Assembly: GCA_951812325.1 (NCBI GenBank)
Contig: OX638294.1
Span: 529,136-593,135 of the forward strand
Direction of reading: 5' to 3'
Source: an uncultured Thermoanaerobaculia bacterium
Lineage (GTDB): Bacteria; Acidobacteriota; Thermoanaerobaculia; Multivoradales; Multivoraceae
DNA: 64,000 nucleotides
Of the stretch, positions 46,207-57,026 are shown piece after piece (position 1 is the first letter of the stretch; every line of letters starts with the position of its first letter). Position numbers and translations under genes: made by a program. Under the pieces are notes generated by a model. The model had not been told where the DNA came from. It made no database searches and saw only the letters and a program-made list of their open reading frames with translations.

Positions 46207-46959
46207 TCAACGGCTGGGGACCGCCGGCGCCCCGCCTTCCACCCGCACCACCGCACCGGCGGGGAGCGCCTCGACCAGTGCCGCCAGCGCGCGGTCCGCG
46301 GCGCCGCGGCTGCGGCTGTCCACCGTCAGTTTGACCCGGTAGTCCCCGTCCATCACCGGGTAGCTGCCGATCTCGACCTCGGCGTGAGCGGCGACCACCA
46401 GATCGAGCATCTCGGCGATGTCCGTTTCGCGGCACAGCGTGTACACGGCCCGGCTGTGAAACCGCCGGCCGGCCGCCAACCGGTCGCGCAGCAGCGGCAG
46501 CTTCATCCGGAAGATCCGGGGCACGCCGGGCAGCACGTAGACGTTGCCCATCACGACGGATGGCCACGGCACATCGGGTGTGCTGACCAGATCGGCGCCC
46601 TCCGGCACGTCGGCCATTCGCAGGTGACCCTCCGAGCAGCGCTCCCCCACCATCTCGCGAATCTTCGTCACCAGTTCCGGAGAGCGCACCAGGGGTCGCT
46701 CGAACGCGGCGGCCACCGCCTTCAGGGTCACGTCGTCGTGGGTCGGACCGACGCCGCCCGAGGTGATCAGGTAGTCGAAACGACCTCGGAGACGCCGAAT
46801 GTCACCGGCGATGCCCGCGATGTCATCGGGGCAGACGACCACCCGCCGCAACTCGATTCCCAAGCCGAACAGCTCCCGGGCCAGCAGGGTCAGGTTCGCC
46901 TCCTCGACCTTGCCGGTGAGGATTTCGTTCCCGATGATCAGCGCCGCCGCAGTCGGCAT
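46207..46959 (-). CDS. CinA-N / MoCF-biosynthesis (MoaB/MogA-like) domain protein
   Basis: The sequence AALIIGNEILTGKVEEANLTLLARELFGLGIEL...DYLITSGGVGPTHDDVT is the canonical molybdopterin-binding-fold signature. Confidence 0.75.
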   Translation of the reverse strand: MPTAAALIIGNEILTGKVEEANLTLLARELFGLGIELRRVVVCPDDIAGIAGDIRRLRGRFDYLITSGGVGPTHDDVTLKAVAAAFERPLVRSPELVTKIREMVGERCSEGHLRMADVPEGADLVSTPDVPWPSVVMGNVYVLPGVPRIFRMKLPLLRDRLAAGRRFHSRAVYTLCRETDIAEMLDLVVAAHAEVEIGSYPVMDGDYRVKLTVDSRSRGAADRALAALVEALPAGAVVRVEGGAPAVPSR

Positions 46960-46975
46960 CGCGCTAGCTTACTCG

Positions 46976-47767
46976 TCAACGACCGACGAAACGGGGAGCG
47001 CGACGCTCGGTCAGGGCCTGCACGCCCTCGCGCGCATCCGCGGTACGGAAGGTGATCTCCTGTTCCGCGTTCTCCAGATCCAGCGCCTCATCGATTGTCC
47101 GCTCCAGGGTGCCGCGCAGGGTCCTCCTGGTCGCCTTCACCGCCAGCGGACCGGCCGCCGCGACCTCCAGAGCCAGGTCCTCCACGACCTGGTCGAAGTC
47201 CTCGTCCGCCTCCCGGCCGGCAATGCCCCAGTCGACCGCCGCCGCGGCATCGATCAGCCGCCCGGTGTAGAGAAGCTCGGCGGCGCGGGCGGGGCCGATC
47301 AGTCGCGGGAGCGTCCAGGTCGCGGCCATGCCCGGGTGGATTCCGAGGCGCACGAAAGTCATCCCCACCCGCGCTCCGGTCCTGATCACCCGCATGTCGC
47401 ACCCGAGCGCAAAGCACAGGCCGGCGCCGATCGCGTGGCCGTTGATCGCCGCGATCGACGGCGCCTCGAGGTCGCGGACCGAGAGGTAGAGACGGTAGAA
47501 GTTCGCGCCGCCGCCGAGGCCGGGGCCGGCATCCGGCTCCGGGCTGACCTCCTCCCGGATGCTCTTCAGGCTGCCGCCGGCGCTGAAGGCGCGGCCGGCG
47601 CCGCGCACGATGACCACGCGGGTCTCGTCCCGTTCGTTGATCAGGGGCACGGCGTCGCGGATCTCGGCGCCCATGGCCGAGGTCATCGCGTTCAACTGCG
47701 ACGGCACGTTCAGGGTCAACCTCGTGATCGGTCCCTGGTGGTCCACCAGTATGTGATCGAAGCTCAT
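46976..47767 (-). CDS. enoyl-CoA hydratase/isomerase (crotonase) family protein
   Basis: 263 aa from MSFDHILVDHQGPITRLTLN with a strong SD (aagaggagg). It has crotonase motifs (VIVRGAGRAFSAGG, IAAINGHAIGAGLCFALGCDMR). The ORF is open to 47896 through a MITE. Confidence 0.85.
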   Translation of the reverse strand: MSFDHILVDHQGPITRLTLNVPSQLNAMTSAMGAEIRDAVPLINERDETRVVIVRGAGRAFSAGGSLKSIREEVSPEPDAGPGLGGGANFYRLYLSVRDLEAPSIAAINGHAIGAGLCFALGCDMRVIRTGARVGMTFVRLGIHPGMAATWTLPRLIGPARAAELLYTGRLIDAAAAVDWGIAGREADEDFDQVVEDLALEVAAAGPLAVKATRRTLRGTLERTIDEALDLENAEQEITFRTADAREGVQALTERRAPRFVGR

Positions 47768-47790
47768 GGTGCGCCTCCTCTTTCGGCTGA

Positions 47791-47935
47791 GTGACTCCGG
47801 GGCCGGCAGACCGTGCCGGAAGTCCGCGTCGCACCGGGAACGGCGGGGCGCCCGTCCGGCAAGGCACGATGAGGGAGTGTAGCGGGCCGCCGTCAACCCG
47901 GGAAACAGCGGCGACAGGAGTCACGGACTGCTAGA
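47791..47935. mobile_element. short (~145-bp) diverged variant of the MITE-like element lacking the twin-hairpin core
   Basis: It shares ggaagtccgcgtcgcacc...ggcgcccgtccggcaaggcacgatgagggag...caacccgggaaacagcggcgacaggag with the left half of copy A. It ends with the same terminus tcacggactgctag. Confidence 0.65.
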
Positions 47936-47944
47936 ATCCGGCCC

Positions 47945-48511
47945 ATGCTGACGATCACCGAGCTGGCACAGGAGAAAGTCGCGGCCGCGATGGAGGACGA
48001 GGAGCGCGACGACCTCGCTCTACGCCTCGCGATCACCGGCCGCAGCGGCGGCGGCTTCCGCTACCAGATGGACCTGGTGGGAACAGACGAGACCCGGTCC
48101 GGCGACCAGGTCCTGGAAACCGACGCGTTCAAGGTCTACATCGACTCCGAGAGCGCGCCGGACCTCGAGGGCGCCACGATCGACTTCGTGACCCGCCTGT
48201 CCGAGAGCGGCTTCAAGTTCGACAACCCGAACTCTGCCTGGGGCGAGGGGGCCGCTGCCGATGTCCAGCGCGTCCTCGACGATCAGATCAATCCGCAGAT
48301 CGCCGCCCACGGCGGCTTCGTCACCCTGCTCGAGGTCAGGGACGAGACGGCGTTCGTCACGATGGGCGGCGGCTGCCAGGGTTGCGGCATGGCCGACTAC
48401 ACCCTGAAGCAGGGAGTCGAGCAGGCCATTCTCGAAGCGGTGCCGACCGTCCGTCGCGTGCTCGACACGACGGACCACGCCGCCGGCACGAACCCGTACT
48501 ACGCGCCGTAG
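47945..48511 (+). CDS. NfuA-like Fe-S cluster carrier (IscA-like N-domain + NifU C-domain)
   Basis: 188 aa. The C-terminal HGGFVTLLEV...GGGCQGCGMADYTLKQGVE is the NifU CxxC motif. Confidence 0.8.
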   Translation: MLTITELAQEKVAAAMEDEERDDLALRLAITGRSGGGFRYQMDLVGTDETRSGDQVLETDAFKVYIDSESAPDLEGATIDFVTRLSESGFKFDNPNSAWGEGAAADVQRVLDDQINPQIAAHGGFVTLLEVRDETAFVTMGGGCQGCGMADYTLKQGVEQAILEAVPTVRRVLDTTDHAAGTNPYYAP

Positions 48512-49245
48512 CCCCCCTCCGCCGCCGCCATGAGGCGACCGACGCGGCGCAGAGCGGCCATCGTCTCAGGCGAATCCTCGACCTCGTTGAGGGCCCGGTG
48601 GATCTCTGCCGCCGTCCAGCCTGGGAAGGCCCGGCTGCTGGGCGCTTCAACGTAACCCGACCCGCGATGAAGGAAGATGGTCAGACCGGGCCGGCGGCGG
48701 CCCGTGGATTTCACCGTGTCGGGCACTTCGACCCAGATCTCCCGCAGCCCCCAAGCCGCGTAGTCGGCGAGCTTGCCGCCGCGGCCACGGCGGCCGCGGC
48801 GAACGTCCGTGGAGAAATCGACTTCGAGGACGACATCGGGCAACGAGTCGCTGCCTACCTCGACGTACAGACCAGCCGGACGATCCCTCGACGGGTGGAG
48901 GTAGATCGATTCGTCGGCCTGCAGAACGAGCTGCCTGCGGCCCTCGGCATCGCGCTGCACGATGTCTACCGATCCGCCCGAGACGATCCGGGAACCCCGG
49001 GTCCGCCCGATCTCATGGACAAGCACGACCAGCCGACGTGAAGAGTACTCGTGCGGAAAGCCCGTCGGCTCCCGCAACAAGTTGGCAGTCTCCGTGCTCG
49101 CCTCCCAGCACTCCACTCTGCCGCTGTAGCTCTCGTACTCCTCGTGCGACATGTGGACTTGCCGGCATCCGCGGTAGGCGCGAAGGCCAGGCGCGGCTCG
49201 ACCTGACCGCGGATCGGTTCCAGACGACTCGGCTGCGTCGGCCAT
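48499..49245 (-). CDS. Uma2-family (DUF820) putative endonuclease
   Basis: It has the PD-(D/E)xK-like core PDVVLEVDFSTDV...KLADYAAWGLREIWVEVPD. The start is uncertain (ATG 49245 or 49152). The ORF is open to 49488. Confidence 0.65.
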   Translation of the reverse strand: MADAAESSGTDPRSGRAAPGLRAYRGCRQVHMSHEEYESYSGRVECWEASTETANLLREPTGFPHEYSSRRLVVLVHEIGRTRGSRIVSGGSVDIVQRDAEGRRQLVLQADESIYLHPSRDRPAGLYVEVGSDSLPDVVLEVDFSTDVRRGRRGRGGKLADYAAWGLREIWVEVPDTVKSTGRRRPGLTIFLHRGSGYVEAPSSRAFPGWTAAEIHRALNEVEDSPETMAALRRVGRLMAAAEGGYGA

Positions 49246-49364
49246 GCCAGAAAACGTATCACCGGGAGCGAGCCCGCGCACGGGCGAGAGCGAACCGAAC
49301 GCGAACCGAACCCTTGATGTCCGGACGACGAGTCGAACGACTCCTTCCGGCCTGAGCCGCCCTG

Positions 49365-49393
49365 TTGCCGATCGGCCACGGTTGTGGAATAGT
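49365..49393 (+). promoter_or_regulatory. candidate sigma70-type promoter for the nqr operon
   Basis: TTGCCG, a 17-nt spacer, then AATAGT, about 85 nt upstream of the nqrA ATG. Each hexamer matches consensus at 4 of 6 positions. This is a pattern match only. Confidence 0.25.
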
Positions 49394-49478
49394 CTCTTTC
49401 CGGTTGAGCGACGCGTTCCGATTCGCCCTCGCTCGCCGGACCAGAGCTCGATCGCCGGAATAGAGCACGTCTCGATCG

Positions 49479-50885
49479 ATGGGCACACACCGTTTCAGAC
49501 GGGGATTGCGCGTGCCCATTTCGGGCGCTCCCGAGCAGACGCTGGACGACGCGGCGGCGCCCGGCGCGGTCGCGGTCGTCGCGGCCGACTATCCCGGCAT
49601 GAAGCCTGCGATGCATGTCTCGCCGGGGGACGCAGTGCGGCGCGGGCAGCTCCTGTTCGAGGACCGCAAGCAGCCCGGCGTCCGGTTCACGTCGCCTGCC
49701 GCAGGCGCCGTCGCGGCGGTGAACCGGGGCGCCAAGCGGGCCCTGATCTCGGTCGTCGTTCGCGTGGACGCCTCCGACCGCGCGAGCGGCGGCGCCCAGG
49801 TCGACTTCGCCAGCTACACCGGACGTCACCCCGGCGCCCTCTCCCGCGAGGAAGTCGAGGCGCTGCTCGTCGAGTCCGGCGACTGGGCCGCCCTCCGGGC
49901 CCGGCCCTTCGGACGCACGGCGGCGCCCGGAGCGACGCCGAAGTCGATCTTCGTCACCGCGATGAACAGCGAGCCCTTCGCGCCCGAAGTCGACCGGATT
50001 GCGGCAGGTCGGGCCGGCGACCTGGAACGGGGCCTCGCGGCTCTCGCCCGGCTGACCGAAGGGCCGGTCTACGTCTGCCGCGCTCCCGGAACCCTGGCCG
50101 GCCTCGAGGCCAGCGGCCGGATACGAATCGAGGAGTTCGTCGGCCCCCACCCCGCCGGCGCGCCGGGACTGCACATCCACACCCTGGATCCGGTCGATCG
50201 CAGCAAGCTCATCTGGCAGATCGGGCTCCAGGACACATTGGCGATCGGTCGCCTGTTCGCGACCGGCGAGCCGGACATCTCACGCATCGTCGCCCTCGCC
50301 GGGCCACCGGTCCGCAGGCCACGTCTGCTCCGCACGCGGCTCGGCGCCTCCCTCGCCGACGTGACCCGGGGCGAGCTCGGCGACGGCGCGGCAGCGATCC
50401 CCGACGATGCCGTGCGAGTCGTCACCGGCTCGCCGCTCAGCGGGCGAACCGCGAGCGGCGAGGGCGCACCGGCCGACCTGCACGGCTACCTGGGCCGCTT
50501 CCACGACACGGTCAGCGTGCTCGAGGACGACCACGACCGCCGCTTTCTGGGCTGGCTGCAGCCGGGCTTCGGCGCCTTCTCGCGAGCCCGCGCCTTCGCC
50601 TCTTCCCTGCTGCCGAGCAAGTCGTTCGCGATGACGACGACCACCTACGGATCGCCGCGGGCGATCGTTCCGGTCGGCCTCTACGAGAGCGTCTTCCCCT
50701 GGGATCTGCAGCCGACCTTCCTGCTCAAGTCGCTCGTGGCCGGCGACATCGAGCGCGCCGAGGAACTCGGATGCCTCGAACTGCTCGAGGAGGATCTGGC
50801 TCTCTGCACCTTCGTTTGCCCCGGCAAGACGGAGTACGGCCCCTACCTGCGCGACGCGCTCGAACTGATCGAGAAGGAAGGCTAG
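49479..50885 (+). CDS. nqrA: Na+-translocating NADH:quinone oxidoreductase subunit A
   Basis: 468 aa with the N-terminus [14 protein letters not shown]. It is the first gene of a six-gene nqr order. Confidence 0.9.
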   Translation: MGTHRFRRGLRVPISGAPEQTLDDAAAPGAVAVVAADYPGMKPAMHVSPGDAVRRGQLLFEDRKQPGVRFTSPAAGAVAAVNRGAKRALISVVVRVDASDRASGGAQVDFASYTGRHPGALSREEVEALLVESGDWAALRARPFGRTAAPGATPKSIFVTAMNSEPFAPEVDRIAAGRAGDLERGLAALARLTEGPVYVCRAPGTLAGLEASGRIRIEEFVGPHPAGAPGLHIHTLDPVDRSKLIWQIGLQDTLAIGRLFATGEPDISRIVALAGPPVRRPRLLRTRLGASLADVTRGELGDGAAAIPDDAVRVVTGSPLSGRTASGEGAPADLHGYLGRFHDTVSVLEDDHDRRFLGWLQPGFGAFSRARAFASSLLPSKSFAMTTTTYGSPRAIVPVGLYESVFPWDLQPTFLLKSLVAGDIERAEELGCLELLEEDLALCTFVCPGKTEYGPYLRDALELIEKEG

Positions 50886-50901
50886 ACGCCTCCCGCCGAC
50901 G

Positions 50902-52155
50902 ATGAAGTTCCTGCGCAAGATCCTCGACCGTCAGGCCCGCCACTTCGAGCGGGGCGGGAAGCTCGAGCGCTTCTATCCCCTGTACGAAGCGCCCGACACC
51001 TTCCTGTACACGCCGGGCAAGACGACCGCCGGCGCCGCCCACGTGCGCGATGCGCTCGACCTGAAGCGGTTGATGATGACGGTCGTCGTCGCGCTCGTGC
51101 CCTGCGTCCTGATGGCGATGTGGAACACCGGCCGGCAGATCCACGTGGCGGTCGCAGGCGGCGCCAGCGCGCTGCCCAACTGGCGGACCGATGCGATGGA
51201 GACGCTCGGGCTGCCCTTCGACGCGACCAGCCTGCTCTCGAACTCGGTCCACGGCGCGCTCTACTACCTGCCGGTCCTGATCGTGACCTTCGCCGTCGGC
51301 GGACTCTGGGAGGGCCTGTTCGCGGTCGTCCGCCGCCACGACGTGAACGAAGGCTTCCTGGTCACCGGCATGCTCTTTCCGCTGGTGCTGCCGCCGACCA
51401 TCCCGCTGTGGCAGGTCGCGGTCGGCATCACCTTCGGCGTCGTCGTCGGCAAGGAGATCTTCGGCGGCACGGGCTTCAACGTCCTGAACCCCGCGCTGAC
51501 CGCGCGCGTGTTCCTCTTCTTCGCCTACCCCGCCCAGATCTCGGGCGACGCGGTGTGGATCGCGGCGCGCACCTCGGCCGACGGCTACAGCGGCGCCACC
51601 GCCCTCGGCGACATCGCGGTGCACGAGGCCGAAGAAGGCTCAAGCGCCGCGCTGAACGGTCTGGCCGCCATCGAGGGCTCCGTGACCTGGATGCAGGCAT
51701 TCCTGGGCGACATTCCGGGTTCGATGGGCGAGACCTCGACCTTGGCCTGCCTGATCGGCGCCGCGATCCTGATCGCCACCGGCATCGGTTCCTGGCGCAT
51801 CATGGTCGCCGCCACCGCCGGGTCCTTCGCCATCTCCATGCTGCTCAACCTGATCGCGTCGACGACGAATCCGATGCTCTCCGTGCCCTTCGGCTGGCAT
51901 GTCGTGCTCGGCGGCTGGGCCTTCGGCATCGTCTTCATGGCCACGGATCCGGTCAGCGCGGCGCAGACGAACCAGGGTCGGTACATCTACGGTTTTCTGG
52001 TCGGCGTGCTGGCGATTCTCATCCGCACCGTGAATCCCGCCTTCCCGGAAGGCGTGATGCTCGGCATCCTGTTCATGAACCTGTTCGCGCCGCTGATCGA
52101 CCACTACGTGTTGAAGGCGAACATCAAGCGCCGAAAGGCGCGCTACGCTCTGTAG
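50902..52155 (+). CDS. nqrB: Na+-NQR subunit B
   Basis: 417 aa, polytopic. The sequence DGYSGATAL contains the FMN-attachment-type S-G-A-T motif. Confidence 0.9.
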   Translation: MKFLRKILDRQARHFERGGKLERFYPLYEAPDTFLYTPGKTTAGAAHVRDALDLKRLMMTVVVALVPCVLMAMWNTGRQIHVAVAGGASALPNWRTDAMETLGLPFDATSLLSNSVHGALYYLPVLIVTFAVGGLWEGLFAVVRRHDVNEGFLVTGMLFPLVLPPTIPLWQVAVGITFGVVVGKEIFGGTGFNVLNPALTARVFLFFAYPAQISGDAVWIAARTSADGYSGATALGDIAVHEAEEGSSAALNGLAAIEGSVTWMQAFLGDIPGSMGETSTLACLIGAAILIATGIGSWRIMVAATAGSFAISMLLNLIASTTNPMLSVPFGWHVVLGGWAFGIVFMATDPVSAAQTNQGRYIYGFLVGVLAILIRTVNPAFPEGVMLGILFMNLFAPLIDHYVLKANIKRRKARYAL

Positions 52156-52182
52156 CCAGGGCTCCGACCGGCGAGATTCGAC

Positions 52183-52965
52183 ATGGCAGACCGACAGGCC
52201 ACCGGCTACACCCTCCTGTTCGCGACCGCAATCTGCATCGTGTGCGGGATTCTCGTGTCCTCGTTCGCGGTCAGCCTGGAGGATCTCCAGGACGAGAACG
52301 CGGAACTCGACAAGCGCAAGCGCGTGCTCGAAGCGGTGGGCCTGCTCCAGCCGGGCGAGCGGGTGACGCCGGAGGAGGTGGCCGACCGCTTCGCACCGAT
52401 AGACCCGGTGATCATCGACCTCGCGACCGGTGAGGCGCAGGCCGACGCCGCGCCGGCCACCTTCGACCAGCAGCGGCGGGCCCGGAATCCCTCGACCAGC
52501 GTCGAGTTGCCCAGGAACAAGGCCAGCGTCAAGCGCCTACCCGATCAGGTCCTGCTCTACGAAGTGCGCGGCGACGACGACGAGCTCGAGATGGTCGTGT
52601 TGCCGATCGAGGGTCTGGGCCTGTGGGGCACCCTCTACGGCTTTCTGGCGCTCGACGCGGACACGACGACCGTGCGCGGCATCACCTACTACCTGCACAA
52701 GGAGACGCCGGGCCTTGGCGGCGAGGTGGACAACCCGCGCTGGAAGGCGCGCTGGACGGGACGCCGCGCGTTCGACGAAGACGGCGAGTTCCAATTGGCG
52801 GTGATCAAGGGCCAGGCTGCCGGCGCGGAAGAGGACCCCTACCGGGTGGACGGTCTGAGCGGCGCAACGATCACGAGCAACGGAGTGACGAACATGCTCG
52901 ACTTCTGGCTCGGCGAGAGAGGTTTCGAGGCGTATCTCGCCCGAATTCGGGGGGAGGCGAACTGA
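52183..52965 (+). CDS. nqrC: Na+-NQR subunit C
   Basis: 260 aa with a single N-terminal TM helix. [11 protein letters not shown] is the flavinylation motif. Confidence 0.9.
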   Translation: MADRQATGYTLLFATAICIVCGILVSSFAVSLEDLQDENAELDKRKRVLEAVGLLQPGERVTPEEVADRFAPIDPVIIDLATGEAQADAAPATFDQQRRARNPSTSVELPRNKASVKRLPDQVLLYEVRGDDDELEMVVLPIEGLGLWGTLYGFLALDADTTTVRGITYYLHKETPGLGGEVDNPRWKARWTGRRAFDEDGEFQLAVIKGQAAGAEEDPYRVDGLSGATITSNGVTNMLDFWLGERGFEAYLARIRGEAN

Positions 52966-53591
52966 TGGCGGTCAAGAAGAGCGAAGCGGTGCTCGATCCG
53001 CTCTGGAACAACAACCCGATCGCGCTCCAGGTGCTCGGCATCTGCTCGGCGCTCGCGGTGACCACGAAGATGGAGACCTCGCTCGTCATGTGCGTGGCGG
53101 TCATCTGCGTGCTCACCCTCTCCAATCTCACGATCAGCCTGCTGCGGCATCAGATCCCGAACAGCATCCGGATCATCGTCCAGTTGACCGTGATCGCCTC
53201 CCTCGTCATCGTGACCGACCAGATCCTGAAGGCCTACGTGTTCGAGATCAGCAAGCAGCTCTCGGTGTTCGTCGGGCTGATCATCACGAACTGCATCATC
53301 ATGGGCCGGGCCGAGGCGTTCGCGATGCAGAACCCGCCCTCCCGGGCGATCCTCGACGGCATCGGCAACGGCCTCGGCTACAGCGCGATCCTGATGGCCA
53401 CAGCGGTGCTCAGGGAGCTGTTCGGATCCGGGAAGCTGTACGGCTACTCCATCCTGCCCACCGTTTCCGAGGGAGGCTGGTACCTGCCGAACGGTCTGAT
53501 GCTGCTTTCACCCGCCGCCTTCTTCATCATCGGGGGATTGATCTGGGCTCTCCGGGTCTGGAAGCCCGCACAAGTCGAGATGGACGGCTAG
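52965..53591 (+). CDS. nqrD: Na+-NQR subunit D
   Basis: The ATG overlaps the nqrC TGA (TGATG). [33 protein letters not shown] is typical of NqrD/RnfE. The ORF is open from 52623 in the same frame. Confidence 0.9.
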   Translation: MAVKKSEAVLDPLWNNNPIALQVLGICSALAVTTKMETSLVMCVAVICVLTLSNLTISLLRHQIPNSIRIIVQLTVIASLVIVTDQILKAYVFEISKQLSVFVGLIITNCIIMGRAEAFAMQNPPSRAILDGIGNGLGYSAILMATAVLRELFGSGKLYGYSILPTVSEGGWYLPNGLMLLSPAAFFIIGGLIWALRVWKPAQVEMDG

Positions 53592-53606
53592 AGGGGGACC
53601 GGGACG

Positions 53607-54224
53607 ATGTTCGAGGAATACCTCAACCTCGCAGTCAAGGCCATCTTCATCGAGAACATGGCCCTGACGTTCTTTCTGGGAATGTGCTCGTTCCTGGCCG
53701 TGTCGAAGAAGGTGGAGACCGCGGTCGGACTCGGCCTGGCGGTCATTTTCGTGCTCACCGTCACCGTCCCGGCCAACAACCTGATTCAGACCCACCTGCT
53801 GAGCGAAGGGTCGCTCTCCTGGCTGAGTCCGGAGTTCGCCGACGTCGACCTGACCTTCCTGAACCTGCTGTGCTTCATCGGCACGATCGCCGCGATGGTT
53901 CAGCTCGTCGAGATGACGACCGACCGCTTCTTCCCGGCGCTTCACGCCACCCTGGGGATCTTCCTGCCCCTGATCGCCGTCAACTGCGCCATCCTGGGCG
54001 GTTCCCTGTTCATGGTCGAGCGTGACTACGATTTCGGGGAGAGCGTGGTCTTCGGTCTGGGCTCCGGCATCGGCTGGTTCCTGGCGATCGTCGCCCTGGC
54101 GTCCATCCGCGAGCGTCTGCGCTACAGCAACGTGCCCCACGGCCTGCGCGGTCTGGGCATGACCTTCATCGTCACCGGGCTGATGGCGTTCGGCTTCATG
54201 GCCTTCGGGGGCATCCAGCTGTGA
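53607..54224 (+). CDS. nqrE: Na+-NQR subunit E
   Basis: 205 aa. The sequence [24 protein letters not shown] is typical of NqrE/RnfA. Confidence 0.9.
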   Translation: MFEEYLNLAVKAIFIENMALTFFLGMCSFLAVSKKVETAVGLGLAVIFVLTVTVPANNLIQTHLLSEGSLSWLSPEFADVDLTFLNLLCFIGTIAAMVQLVEMTTDRFFPALHATLGIFLPLIAVNCAILGGSLFMVERDYDFGESVVFGLGSGIGWFLAIVALASIRERLRYSNVPHGLRGLGMTFIVTGLMAFGFMAFGGIQL

Positions 54225-55438
54225 TCACCGTCGTCCTCGGGGTGACGATGTTCACCGTCGTCATCCTCGCCCTGGTCACGATCCTGATGCAGGCCAAGGC
54301 CCGGCTCATCGCCGGCGGCGAGGTCTCCATCCTGATCAACGAGGAAAAGACGCTGACCGCCAGCACCGGCGGCACGCTGCTCGGAACCCTGGCCGAGCAC
54401 CAGATCTTCATCCCCTCGGCCTGTGGCGGTCAGGGCACCTGCGGGGTGTGCACCGTCGATGTGCACGACGGCGGCGGCGCGATGCTGCCAACCGAGAAGA
54501 CCCACATCAGCCGTCGCGAGGCCCGCGAGGGCTGCCGCCTGAGCTGCCAGGTGAAGATCAAGGAGGACATGAAGATCGGCATCCCGGCCGAAGTGTTCGG
54601 GGTCAAGAAGTGGCAGTGCAAGGTGCGTTCGAACGAGAACGTCGCCACCTTCATCAAGGAACTCATCCTGGAGCTTCCGGCCGGCGAGGAGGTGCCCTTC
54701 CGCGCCGGCGGCTACATCCAGATCGAGTGCCCGCCCCACGTCGTGAACTACAGCGACTTCCAGGTGGAGGACGAGTACCACGAGGACTGGGATCGCTTCA
54801 AGCTCTGGAGCCTGGTCTCCGAGGTCGACGAGACGGTGGTCCGCGCCTACTCGATGGCGAACTACCCGGAGGAGAAGGGCATCATCATGCTGAACGTCCG
54901 CGTGGCCACGCCGCCGCCTCGCGAGATGGATCTTCCGCCCGGCCAGATGTCCTCATACATCTTCGACCTGAAGCCCGGCGACGACGTGACGATCGCCGGT
55001 CCATTCGGCGAGTTCTTCGCCAAGGACACGGACGCCGAAATGATCTTCGTCGGCGGCGGCGCCGGCATGGCGCCGATGCGCTCCCACATCTTCGACCAGT
55101 TCCGGCGCCTTCACACGGACCGCAAGGTGTCCTTCTGGTACGGCGCCCGCTCCTACCGCGAGGCCTTCTACACCGACCACTTCGACCGGATCGCCGCGGA
55201 GAACCCGAACTTCTCCTGGCACCTCGCGCTGTCCGATCCCCTCGAGGAGGACAACTGGGACGGCTACACCGGATTCATCCACCAGGTCCTGTACGACAAC
55301 TACCTGAAGGACCACCCCTGTCCGGAGGACGTCGAGTACTACCTCTGCGGACCGCCGCTCATGCTGCAGGCCTGCATGAAGATGCTCGACGACCTGGGAG
55401 TCGAGCCCGAGAACATCGCCTTCGACGACTTCGGCTAG
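54221..55438 (+). CDS. nqrF: Na+-NQR subunit F
   Basis: 405 aa. It has an N-terminal TM helix, a 2Fe-2S ferredoxin motif ([12 protein letters not shown]) and an FNR-like FAD/NADH domain (RAYSMANYP). Confidence 0.95.
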   Translation: MITVVLGVTMFTVVILALVTILMQAKARLIAGGEVSILINEEKTLTASTGGTLLGTLAEHQIFIPSACGGQGTCGVCTVDVHDGGGAMLPTEKTHISRREAREGCRLSCQVKIKEDMKIGIPAEVFGVKKWQCKVRSNENVATFIKELILELPAGEEVPFRAGGYIQIECPPHVVNYSDFQVEDEYHEDWDRFKLWSLVSEVDETVVRAYSMANYPEEKGIIMLNVRVATPPPREMDLPPGQMSSYIFDLKPGDDVTIAGPFGEFFAKDTDAEMIFVGGGAGMAPMRSHIFDQFRRLHTDRKVSFWYGARSYREAFYTDHFDRIAAENPNFSWHLALSDPLEEDNWDGYTGFIHQVLYDNYLKDHPCPEDVEYYLCGPPLMLQACMKMLDDLGVEPENIAFDDFG

Positions 55439-55537
55439 CAGCCCGTGGCCGAATCCCCGTCGCCACGGGAGCGGTCAGGCGTCCGTCCGGCACGGCACGA
55501 CGCGTCCGACTCCCTAGGCTGCGCCGGTCGCGGTCGG

Positions 55538-56977
55538 ATGCTGTGGGTGCTCGCCACCCTCGCGCCGGTCCTTGCGTTCCCGGCTCCGGGCTGCGGACGG
55601 GCGGCGAACGAAGTCGTGCTGCAGGGGCCCACGATGGGCACCTACTACCGGGTTCGCGCGCTCGCGGAGGCTGGCGAGAGCGAGGCGATACGGCGTCTCG
55701 TCGAAAGGCGGTTGGAAGCGGTGGACCGGGCGATGTCGACCTATCGGGACGACTCGGAAACCTCGCGCTTCAACGGGCTCGCGGCCGGCGAGTCGTTCGC
55801 CCTCTCGGAGGAAGCCTGGCCGGTCGTGGAACTCGCCTGGAGAGTGCGCGAAGAAAGCGGCGGCGCGTTCGACCCGACGGTGGGGCCTCTGGTCGACGCC
55901 TGGGGCTTCGGCGCGCCGGGGCGCGGCGCGGCGCCGGTTCCTCCCGGCGAGGATGCGCTGACCGAGTTGGCGAGAGCGGTGGGCGGGATCGAGCTGCGGC
56001 CCGCCGACCGACGCCTTCTCAAGCTCCATCCCGGCGCCGCGCTCGATCTCTCGGCAATCGCCAAGGGATGGGCCGTCGACCGGGTTTCGGAGGATCTGAC
56101 CCGGGCCGGTCATGCCAACCACCTGGTCGAGATCGGCGGCGAGGTGCGCACCGCCGGCCACAGCAGCGCCGGTGATCCGTGGCGTGTCGCGATCGAGCGG
56201 CCCGCCCCGAGACGAGCGCGAAGCGCGGCTGTGGCGCCAGGCAGAGGCGTCCCGCGGCGCGGTGCGATCGAGCGTCCTCCGGCGCCGGCCGCCCCGTTTG
56301 CTGCGGCGCCGAACCGGACCCTGCCGCCCGGCCTGCAACAGGTCCTGGAACTGACCGACGGGGCCCTGGCCACCTCGGGTGACTACCGCAACTACTGGGA
56401 ACAGGGCGGCATCCGCTACTCCCACACGATCGATCCCCGGACCGGCCGCCCGGTCGAACACGCCGTCGCCTCGGCCAGCGTGGTTCATGCGAGCTGCGCC
56501 GTCGCCGATGCGTACGCGACCGCCCTGATGGTCCTCGGCCCCGACGAAGGCCTGCGCTGGGCGAACCGGCACGCCATCTCCGCCCTGCTCCTCGTCTACC
56601 GCGAGGACTCGCTGGAGGAGCTCCCCAGCAACGCCTTCCGCGACCGCTTCCACACCACCGAACGGCGCCGGGAGCCTGCGCCGCAGGACGCGGCGCGGCG
56701 AGTTCCCCGGACTAGCAGCCCGTGGCAGAAGTCCGTGTCGCACCGAGAGTGGCCAGGCGCCCGCCCGGCAAGGCGCGACGAGGGAGCATATCGGGGCCGC
56801 AAGCAATCCCGGGAACAAGGGCGACCGAGGAGCGACCCGGGTGGCGCGCTCCGCGCCACCCGCGAACCAGTCCGTGCGCCCGTCATCGGGCGCACGGATG
56901 GCACGATGCCGGGCGGGATGCATGGCCGCTCGAATGCAGCGCGACTTCTACCACGGGCTGCTCGCTCGTCGGTCTGA
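55538..56977 (+). CDS. apbE: FAD:protein FMN transferase ApbE (3' tail encoded by a MITE)
   Basis: It has a lipoprotein-like signal MLWVLATLAPVLAFPAPGCG. ApbE blocks are present (GPTMGTYYRV, DPTVGPLVDAWGFG, DLSAIAKGWAVDRV, LATSGDYRNYWEQGGIRYSHTIDPRTGRP, ADAYATALMVLG). The frame continues through the element at 56712-56964 to a stop at 56975-56977. Confidence 0.85.
   Translation: MLWVLATLAPVLAFPAPGCGRAANEVVLQGPTMGTYYRVRALAEAGESEAIRRLVERRLEAVDRAMSTYRDDSETSRFNGLAAGESFALSEEAWPVVELAWRVREESGGAFDPTVGPLVDAWGFGAPGRGAAPVPPGEDALTELARAVGGIELRPADRRLLKLHPGAALDLSAIAKGWAVDRVSEDLTRAGHANHLVEIGGEVRTAGHSSAGDPWRVAIERPAPRRARSAAVAPGRGVPRRGAIERPPAPAAPFAAAPNRTLPPGLQQVLELTDGALATSGDYRNYWEQGGIRYSHTIDPRTGRPVEHAVASASVVHASCAVADAYATALMVLGPDEGLRWANRHAISALLLVYREDSLEELPSNAFRDRFHTTERRREPAPQDAARRVPRTSSPWQKSVSHREWPGARPARRDEGAYRGRKQSREQGRPRSDPGGALRATREPVRAPVIGRTDGTMPGGMHGRSNAARLLPRAARSSV
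56712..56964. mobile_element. 253-bp MITE-like element, copy B
   Basis: It is collinear with copy A (41512-41765), with roughly a dozen differences by eye. It has the same termini and the same twin-hairpin core. Confidence 0.8.
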
Positions 56978-57026
56978 GGCGAGGCCTCGCCACAGCTGCC
57001 GCTGAGGCTAGACTCCGCTTCGAGCC

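Noticed and set aside
56189-56290. A further 75-bp tandem duplication inside apbE (VAIERPAP ... GAIERPPAP)
   Set aside because: Only ~20 nt at the start of each unit match (gcgatcgagcg at 56189 and 56264) and the rest differs. It may be an old decayed duplication or just a loop insertion flanked by a short direct repeat. It is not counted.
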